Source: Gonapodya sp. JEL0774 (Eukaryota). Taken from it: a DNA stretch of 20,000 nt. Each line of letters begins with the position of its first letter. Position 1 is the stretch's first letter. Below the pieces are notes generated by a model, which saw only the letters and a program-made list of their open reading frames with translations, made no database searches and was not told the DNA's origin. Shown here in pieces: positions 12,092 to 20,000 of this stretch. The stretch covers positions 51,679 through 71,678 of the forward strand of contig JADIIX010000112.1 in assembly GCA_027604505.1 (NCBI GenBank), given 5' to 3'. Both the position numbers and the translations under genes were made by a program.

Positions 12092-12579
12092 TGTTTTTAA
12101 TCGACTTGGGGAACTCCCGAGCGCCTGTTCAACGAGGCTCGCAATGGCCTCTCCAAGGAACGCGGACGTGGTCGGGACTCTGAACAAGCATCTTTGTTGT
12201 CACATTGGATGTGGTAAGGAGTGGCGGGAGTGCAAGTGCGCAGATCGGTTACATTTATTAGCATGCACTGCGAAACGACGATCGAGGTAAGAAAGTGTGG
12301 GGGTATTTGCGAACATCGAAGGTCAGCATTCTCTGGTGAGGTGAGTAAGCCAGATACGGACAGGTCAGTTCACGTAGGCGTTGTACATTCAAATAATACG
12401 ACGCTGTGCACTCAGAGGGAGTGTGTACGTGACACTGGTTTGAAATACCTAAGTATTTATAAACAACTTACAATTGGCAAAACACAAGACTACAACAGTC
12501 ATTCAAATACGTACTTCTAAACAATTGCAGTTGTCCCAGTGTATTCACTTGCCAATCATTCTTCTCAAAACTTCGGAGC

Positions 12580-13836
12580 CTAATTCACTGCTCGTAGTTC
12601 CGTGCGGCTAATGAGCTTGATAATCTCATTGTGACCAAGGCGCTTGGCACGATATACTGCACTCATCTTGTATTGAGATGGCGCTCTGGGATCTGCTCCC
12701 AGCTCCAGCAGTTGCTTAACCACATCAGTCTTACCCGAGGCAACAGCATTCCAAAGTACCTTGTTTTCATGAAATTGAACATTGGGGCTCCGACGAAGCA
12801 AAAGAGAGACTAAATCCCAACGTCCACTGCCCTCAGCATATCTCAGCGGCGATCCGTTTTGGGCATTGACGTCTGCTCCACGATCCAGCAGCAGACACAT
12901 CATTTCGACTAGCCCTAACTGAGCTGCCACACATATTGCTTCATTGTCCCGCGTACCCACATCTGCACCCTTTGATAGCAATAGACGGACTGTGTCCAAA
13001 TGGTCACGAACTGTTGCAACCAACAATGGATAGTCCTCAAAGACGTGAATGTCGGCTCCATGACTCAACAGCTCCAACACTACTTCTGATCGTCCAAACT
13101 CTGCTGCTTCACATAACGCACTACACCCCTCCACGTTGTATTCCCTTGGCTCCAAATTGGCCCCTTTTGAGAGAAGCAGTTGCACGATCTCTACGTTTCC
13201 GCAGCGTGAGGCCATCCGCAGGGCTCCATCATGTTGAAAATGAATGTCTGCACCGCGGTCAAGTAGCATCTTTACAGTTTCAAGATGCCCGGTGGAACAC
13301 GCCTCGATAAGAGCGGTATAAACCTCACGGTTATCCCTGCTGGAAATGTCCACGTTCGCACCCAGGTCCAGCAGATACCGCACAACAGCTGGATTTCCAG
13401 CTTTGATCGCAGCTCTTAGCGGGGTGATTGTATAGATTTGATGCTTCTTATTTCCTCTATTGAGTTGACCTGTCCAGTCCAAATTGAAGTCAGGGCGACC
13501 GTTCGACCGGTCGTATATGGCCTTGACGACCAGAGAATCGCCGGTCGAGGAATTCAGACACTCCCAAACAACCGCTTCCATCAACGGTTTGTAGCGGGCG
13601 ATGGCTCGGGCGGCGATGTTGTTTGGCGTGGCGAAAATGGAAGCCAGATGTCGGTCTAGTGCGCCAGTCGGTAGTCCGAGTCGGAAGTCGAGGTAAACAC
13701 CAATGAGGAGGATAACTTCGGCGGGAAGGAGGGATAAAGTTGATGATGGGTGTTGGGAAAGTGGGAGGAGGGAACGGTTGGGCGGGTCGGCACGGGAGCA
13801 CAGGGAATACGAGCGAGAGGACGAGACGCCAGTCAT
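12580..13836 (-). CDS. Intronless ankyrin-repeat protein (~9 repeats) with an N-terminal F-box-like motif, ~418 aa from ATG 13836
   Basis: Repeats such as TPLRAAIKAGNPAVVRYLLDLGANVD and TALIEACSTGHLETVKMLLDRGADIH. LSLLPAEVILLIGVYL resembles an F-box start. The start is assigned to the ATG at 13836; the ORF stays open further upstream. Confidence 0.88.
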   Translation of the reverse strand: MTGVSSSRSYSLCSRADPPNRSLLPLSQHPSSTLSLLPAEVILLIGVYLDFRLGLPTGALDRHLASIFATPNNIAARAIARYKPLMEAVVWECLNSSTGDSLVVKAIYDRSNGRPDFNLDWTGQLNRGNKKHQIYTITPLRAAIKAGNPAVVRYLLDLGANVDISSRDNREVYTALIEACSTGHLETVKMLLDRGADIHFQHDGALRMASRCGNVEIVQLLLSKGANLEPREYNVEGCSALCEAAEFGRSEVVLELLSHGADIHVFEDYPLLVATVRDHLDTVRLLLSKGADVGTRDNEAICVAAQLGLVEMMCLLLDRGADVNAQNGSPLRYAEGSGRWDLVSLLLRRSPNVQFHENKVLWNAVASGKTDVVKQLLELGADPRAPSQYKMSAVYRAKRLGHNEIIKLISRTELRAVN

Positions 13837-14468
13837 GGGAACTTTGGAAAGAAGGTGGCGGAGGATGGCGCGGGGGGAAAAGCGATGATGTGGGATTGTG
13901 TGGAATGGGCGACAAAAGTCCGAGATGGTTGTGCTGAAGCCCGCTGTGTACTGTGAAGAACTTGAGAACCAACACAATGAAACTCTTTCCGTAAACCTCT
14001 TTCCGACGAATTGATATATCGGTGCGCGCGAACAATTGTTCATCTGAAACAGCTTTGACAATGAGGAATGTGTGACAGACAGAGCGCATTGGGGTTCAGT
14101 TTGCCTGCCACAGACAATGATGTCTCCCTGTAGTAACAATCATGCTGCCATGTAGAATTCGATGATTCTGAGTAAAACATAGAATGTCACTCGATGCGAT
14201 CCCGCGGTCCATGACATCATTAAAAGGAGATTTGCCTCCACCCGGGACTGACGAGAAACGGCGATGGCACCTGGGATTCCAGCCATCTCGACAGGAAGTG
14301 CGGGATTCAGAGTGACACACAGTACCATGGGTGCAACGAGAGCAACAATTGCCGCTCTTCCGTGACGAAAGACGATACTTACCGATGAATGGAAACCATA
14401 ATACCTCCTTGCCACAGATAAATAAATAATTAAACTAATTGGAGACAATGATCTTTTTTGGAGTGAGC

Positions 14469-14502
14469 CAGTCAGTCAGTCAGTCAGTCAGTCAGCCAGT
14501 CA
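14469..14502. repeat. (CAGT)n microsatellite, ~8 units with one variant unit, in the divergent intergenic region
   Basis: cagtcagtcagtcagtcagtcagtcagccagtca read directly from the sequence. Confidence 0.95.
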
Positions 14503-14612
14503 CTGAGTGACCGACAAGCACGAGAGGCCTCAGCAATCAAATCGGCTGCTTCAACCGTCAACTGTTCCACGAGACGAAGAAGCACACCAACGAACATCTT
14601 GGAGCAAATCAA

Positions 14613-17600
14613 ATGGCGCTGGGTGACAATGGCACGACACTGAGTGATTTTCATCCGCTGATTTTCGTCAAGCTATCCCAGACGAGACTGAAACGGAAGC
14701 CGCCCATGCTTACCGAGGCAGCTCGACTTGATGGAGAAGGCTCGCCGAACAACACGATTTATTTCGATCCAAGGAAGAAGGGAAATCTTTGGGGCTTCGA
14801 ATTTCTCTTGTCGTGTGCGGAAAGGAATTGCTGTTGCTATCTAGCGAACGAGGTGGGTTCTGCGTCAAACGGTGTATTCTGGAAAGCCACTTTGACATTT
14901 CACTTTGTAATCAGTTCATTGTCAAGCTGCACGTGTTCTCTGTGAGCAAGAGCGATGGAAAGCTGAAAGACGTCAAAGCTCCTTGTTCCTATCTATTCAA
15001 AGGGACTCACAAGCTAGATGAATCAAACGCCTGTATTTCTTTCAATCTGGAGCCCCAACGCAAGCAGTCTGTCAGCGACAATCTATCAAAGTATGCGGCA
15101 TTTGAGATCCTAACTCCAGAACGGCGTTGGGTCAGCGCTCTTTTTGGTTATCGTTGTTGGGACAACAATCAGACACAACAAATGTCGGCACCGGGGAACG
15201 AGACGAACGAGATTTCTCCCACTCTTGAACTACGTCCTTTACTCACGAGTGAGCAGAAGGATGTACTTAAAGACGCGGACCTATTGCGTGAAATCGGATT
15301 GTTGCAAGACTGGATGGACCTGGAGCAGTCAGGCCCCAAAAGTACACTGATGTGAGTCGTTTTCTCTTTTCCGACGAAGCTCCATCGCGGCTTTGACTAG
15401 TGAGTCGTGATTTTGATCTCGTCGTATGTTCCCCTTTTCATGCACGGAAGTAGCAGTGAGTGCGCTCTACCATCATCGTCTTCCAAATCGAATAAATTGA
15501 ATTGCAATTGTTCTGCTTTCAGACACGGCCCCATTGATGGAAGCCCCAGTGCCCTCGACGAATCATTTTCTTCCCTCGCATCAAGCTCCAGTTGTAACCA
15601 CGAATGTAGTGTCTTCGGGGATCCAATTTGCATTCTCACCAACGAACGTCACGCCGCCACCGATGCAAGCTCCTGCTGCATCCACAAATGTGATATCTCC
15701 ATCTGAGCAAACCCTATTCTCACCCACTCCACTAACGAAACGCATGTCTCGATCAATCCATCCTCCAATGTATCCTCCAATGCAACCCCCATTTCAACTC
15801 AGGGAGTCTGTTTCGCCATCTGCCGAGGCTTGTGATGGGATGGAACTGTCGATTCCGTCATCTTATAACCAAAATGCTCCAATGGAAGTCGGCAGTAAGT
15901 GTCAGAAGTAACTGTTGATCTCCGTTAGCATGGGATCTGTCCCCAAGCCAACAACGCACCAATCATTTGAAGCGTCACCAATGAAAGAGCCAGGGCTGCC
16001 GCATCTGAACCCCAACTTCACGACACTTCGTACACACCCAGTAGTGGTTGTTGAGTGGCCCGACTTTCAAAGTAGGTTAATGGCTTTCACGTAGTTGCCC
16101 GCACATTTTAACATTACACCGGGGCCGTTAAGGTGGTTACGTTAATAAAGTTTTACTCACAAAAATTGATGGAACGGCAGTCGATATAGATGTTCGGCAA
16201 AGCGAACAATATCCTGGTTTTTGGGAAGCTACATTTCCTATGGAGAACCAGGGGTGTGTGGTACAAGTACTTGCTGTCAAATTGATGGGTGTTCGAGTTA
16301 TCGCTTCAAGTGGAAGTGTCCCTTTTACCTACCGCGACGTGGATGGTGAGTGCGAGTACATGATACCATGAGAACAACAAGTGACATGCTTCTCGTCTAG
16401 TTTCACAATTGATGGCTCTCACTCGGCAACAAAAGAGCATTATTGAACAGTATGAACGCCAACTTAATATGTTGCTCACAAATTACGGTGGCAGAAATTT
16501 CTCACCGGGTGAGTGAGCACCGGATGGTCATTTTGCAATACGAATGCCAACATGCGATTTGAGAAGGCATCAGACAATCTCTACCGTACCCACACCTGTT
16601 GGCTTACTGCCGTCGCGATCCTCAGTGGAAAATCTCATATGGACCATCACCGTTGACCCGAGGAACAAGAGTTTTGGTTTCACTGAAAGATCTTGAGATC
16701 GTTAGTTGGGATGAATTTTGGTACGTGAACAAGGTGCTCTGTGGCATTTAGCTTTGGTCTTCAATTGGAGTTCCATACGCAGGCGGTCTTTCACTCTCAG
16801 TCGTGAACCAAATTTTGGCTTCTGGGTGCCTGTCTTTTACGTTCACAAAGGCGTGGTATCAAGAACTTTTGTCCGGCACGACACAGTGTTTGAAACTGAG
16901 GAGTGCATTCTGCTCGCCAAAATCTGGATGATTCTAGCTGCTCGATATTTGAAAAGCTTGGTGGCGACGATCATCACAGAGGAGGGCAAGGCTTTACTTA
17001 ACCACCAATTGAATGTCGTTCAAGAATTTGATCCCTCACAACCCTTGTTCTTGAACACCATGCTGGGCGACAACACTGATGCCGCGAAATCACTTATTCC
17101 AGATACAAATGCACGATCAACGGACATTGTAATAGACTTCCAGAACATCAGTGGCCTCGCCCGTGTTCACATCGGACACAACAACTTGAACAGCATGCTG
17201 GGCAACACTGCTAATGCCGCGAAATCAACGTTTCCCGACTTAAATGCACGAACGGGGGACATAGCAATAGGCAACGAGGACATCGGCGGCTCTGCCCGTG
17301 TTCACATCGGAGATCACATCGAACACAATATTTACTACAACCACCCGACGTAAGTTTCACAATTCGAATCAACAAGGAAACACTTCGTTGACTCTCGCTC
17401 ATTTGATGTCAGACCTACGATCCCAAAAGTGTCTCCAGGAGTTCATTCGGCTCGTTCCTCGTCACCACAGTATTACATTCCATTTCGCCGGAACAAGCAG
17501 TTCGTTGGCCGCGCCAAAACCATCGATGAACTACATCTCAAGTTGTTTCAAGAAAACTGTGGACGCGTTGCTCTTGTGGGACTCGGCGGCGTCGGCAAGA

Positions 17601-20000
17601 CACAGGTTGCACTCGAGTTTGCCCATCGAGTGAAGGACACAGAACGGGACTGCTCGGTGTTCTGGATATCTGCCCTGAGCTGGGAGAGCTTTGAGCTAGC
17701 GTACAACAACATAGCGGAAATATTGGGTATCGGACGCGATGCGGGGAAACAGAAGGATATTCTGAAAACAGTCCACGATTATCTGAGCCAGCGAAAGGCT
17801 GGTCGATGTCTCCTGATCGTGGATAACGCCGACGATGATCGTATTCTGCGTGGCATTGAACCTTTCATTCCCGAGAGTGACGATAGCCGGATCTTGTTCA
17901 CAACTCGCACACGATCCGTGGCCGTCACAGCAGCACAAACGCACATTGTGAGGCTCGACCAGATGGATGAAAAGGAGGCACGCACTTTTTTTCAAACTGC
18001 TCTGATCTGCGGAGAACTTGCTTCAAACGACCCATCTGTTACCGGTGAGCTTTTGAAATATCTCACGTACCTGCCATTGGCGATCAACCAGGCCGCTGCG
18101 TACTTGAATACAAACGAGCCTACTACGTGCAAGCAATACATGGATATCCTCAAGCGCACTGAAAAGGATGGCATGGGGCTCCTGAGTGTCAGTTCCAACG
18201 TTGGAGATGAACAAAGATCCGACATTGCGGTTGCAACGACTTGGGCGGTATCTTTTAACCGGATCCGTGAGCTCAATTCAACTGCTGCAAATCTCCTGCT
18301 CTTCATTGCTTGCATCGAGTCCAAGGAAATTCCGGAATCCATCTTGCCGCGTGCGGAATCTATTACAGATTTTCAAACTGCGATTGGCATCTTGCTTGGG
18401 TACAATTTTCTATCTGTGTCTCGTCAACAAGAAAACAGAACCAGCGAAGTGGTATACACAATGCACCGTCGTGTCCATCTGTCGGCCAAACTTTGGCTCA
18501 GCAAGGAGTCGCGAATGATGGAAGCGGTTAAGAATGCGTGTCAACACATCTCAAACATTTTCCCAACGACTGAATGGAAGAATCGTGAGATTTGGAGGAA
18601 GTACTTACCACACACTGTGAATATTCTCGGGATCAGGGAGGGGAAGGAGCTTGTTGAGAGATATGACCTATGCCACAAGCTGGCAAAGACTATGATGGTG
18701 GATGGAAAATTTGAAGATGCTGTACCATATCTTGAAGAATGTGCTGGTAGGAAGCAGAAACTGGATACTTTGCAACATGATCACCTGAACCGCTCGATGT
18801 CAGAACTGTGGTTCAATCATATCGGCAGACCATTAAGAAACTTCACTCAAACACTTTGGAGCACACCTAACCAGTCTACTGAACGACAGTGGACTGCATC
18901 TGACCTTGATCTGCGGCAGGAGCTCGCACTTGCTTATCTATACAGTGACCAATTTGACAAGGCGGAAGAGTTGTTACTTTTAGTTATCACAGAGAAGAAG
19001 CGCACAATGAAAGATGGGAATCCCTCGCTCCTGCAGTCCCAACACGAACTCGCACGTGCCTGCCGTCTGCAGGGGAAGAAGGAAGAGGCCTTGAACCTGC
19101 TGGCACAGGTCCTTGCCGACAGCAAGAATACGCTTGAGAGTGGCCATGTTGTGCGGCAAGCAATAAAGCAAGATAGGCAGAACTGGATGATTGGTGAGAC
19201 TTAGTACATGCTTCGTTTTTTGTTTGGACTCGTGTGACACAGCCTTCCCATTTATTGCCAGAGGACGTCTTAGCCACATCAGATGGAAGCATGGGCGCAG
19301 TGGTGTGGACTGACGTCCTGAAAACAAACGGCGATGTTGTCGATCTGACAGGTGAGAGGCAACAATCCAGAGAAATGTTTGACTTTGGCAATGAAGGCGC
19401 TGCTCACCTTGTTTGACTTTAACATGCCGTGCATTTACAAGGTAGATCCATTGGGAACGATGGGGCGTCAGTTGTTGCTAATGCACTACGAGAAAACAAG
19501 ATGTGGAGATTCCTCAATCTTAGAGGTGAGTTATTCTCTACAGCAGCCGTCCTCGGAGAATGGTACGCTGTCCCCACACGAATGTGTCCAGTTATGGACT
19601 ATGCGCTCCATCTGCTTCTTGCCCTGCCACACGCTCCCACATGTCATGCTCAAATGCATGCTCTCTCTTCCCAGTCAACTCTATCACTGAGAGGGGCGCC
19701 GAGGCGCTCACTGAGGGATTGAAATCAAACAGCACTCTGGTGCGGCTTGATCTAGGCAGTGAGTTCAGGTTCACCGTGTGTCTGTGTTCTCTCCACCTCA
19801 CCTCATCCCACATGCTCAAACCTCCTGTCCCCACGCAATGACACAGGTAACCTCATCGGCAACACAGGTGCCAGGGCTCTCGCCAAAGCTTTGAGGATCA
19901 ACGGAACATTGTCGTCTCTCAAACTCATAGGTGAGAACCGATTCAGTGTCACAGCTTCTCTGTCTTTCCTCCCTCCCATTGTCCCACACCCTCTACATTC
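14613..20000 (+). CDS. Large multidomain NLR/STAND-type protein, 3'-truncated: unknown N-terminal domain, IPT/TIG-like domain, 2x HET-s-like motif, NB-ARC, TPR, LRR. Proposed exons 14613-14852, 14915-15351, 15451-15455 (micro), 15523-15894, 15973-16071, 16133-16345, 16401-16508, 16567-16720, 16783-17349, 17413-19193, 19262-19351, 19442-19525, 19675-19758, 19847-19930, ...
   Basis: All junctions are GT-AG and phase-consistent, with no in-frame stop in the joined model. The 5' part depends on a micro-exon, so the single-gene model is less certain than the individual domains. Confidence 0.65.
17051..17320 (+). repeat. Coding direct repeat, 135 nt (45 aa) x2, each ending in an ARVHIG amyloid-like motif
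   Basis: LNTMLGDNTDAAKSLIPDTNARSTDIVIDFQNISGLARVHIGHNN versus LNSMLGNTANAAKSTFPDLNARTGDIAIGNEDIGGSARVHIGDHI. GCCCGTGTTCACATCGGA is identical at 17159 and 17294. Confidence 0.92.
17413..19193 (+). CDS. NB-ARC NTPase plus TPR region (one large exon of the NLR gene; unspliced it would stop at 19204)
   Basis: YYIPFRRNKQFVGR, Walker A GLGGVGKT (17579-17602), VFWISA, Walker B LLIVDNAD, sensor ILFTTR, YLPLAINQAAAYL, MHRRV (MHD-equivalent), then TPR-like helices QELALAYLYSDQFDKAEELLLLVI and SQHELARACRLQGKKEEALNLLAQVL. Confidence 0.95.
19442..19930 (+). CDS. Ribonuclease-inhibitor-class (NLRC3-like) 28-aa leucine-rich repeats, one per 84-nt exon
   Basis: Exons 19442-19525 (RSIGNDGASVVANALRENKMWRFLNLR), 19675-19758 (NSITERGAEALTEGLKSNSTLVRLDLG) and 19847-19930 (NLIGNTGARALAKALRINGTLSSLKLI) are each exactly 84 nt, phase 1, with GTGAG donors. 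Confidence 0.93.

Noticed and set aside
13837..14139. N-terminal extension of the ankyrin ORF to 519 aa
   Set aside because: The track start is not ATG and the extension has no recognisable features; an upstream ATG near 14044 cannot be fully excluded.
17429..19204. Stand-alone 591-aa NB-ARC-TPR ORF as listed in the track
   Set aside because: It starts at GTG, not ATG, and is bounded by a phase-compatible acceptor (17412) and donor (19194), so it is better read as an internal exon.

Overview
Intron-rich eukaryotic DNA, most likely from a fungus. Gene content and intron density suggest an early-diverging lineage, but that is inference. The ORF track fragments almost every gene, so I rebuilt gene models by hand from GT-AG introns and reading-frame continuity. 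In order: (1) the 3' part of an O-GlcNAc transferase; (2) an 8-exon, two-domain S49 signal-peptide peptidase of SppA/protease IV type; (3) a 5-exon, ~194-aa protein with only a voltage-sensor-like S1-S4 domain and no pore; (4) a SAGA subunit Sgf11 on the minus strand; (5) a 10-exon, ~304-aa amphipathic helical protein of unknown function; (6) a non-coding gap with a 38-bp tandem repeat; (7) an intronless F-box-like/ankyrin gene; and (8) a large gene from ~14613 running off the right edge. Gene 8 is the main result. Its exons join in frame into: unknown beta-rich N-terminal domain, P/S/T linker, IPT/TIG-like domain, two HET-s-like amyloid motifs (ARVHIG), NB-ARC, TPR, and ribonuclease-inhibitor-type LRRs, each LRR on its own 84-nt phase-1 exon. 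If the splicing holds, this is a fungal NLR carrying LRRs, an architecture generally described as missing from fungi, with a built-in amyloid module and a possible transcription-factor-like N-terminus.
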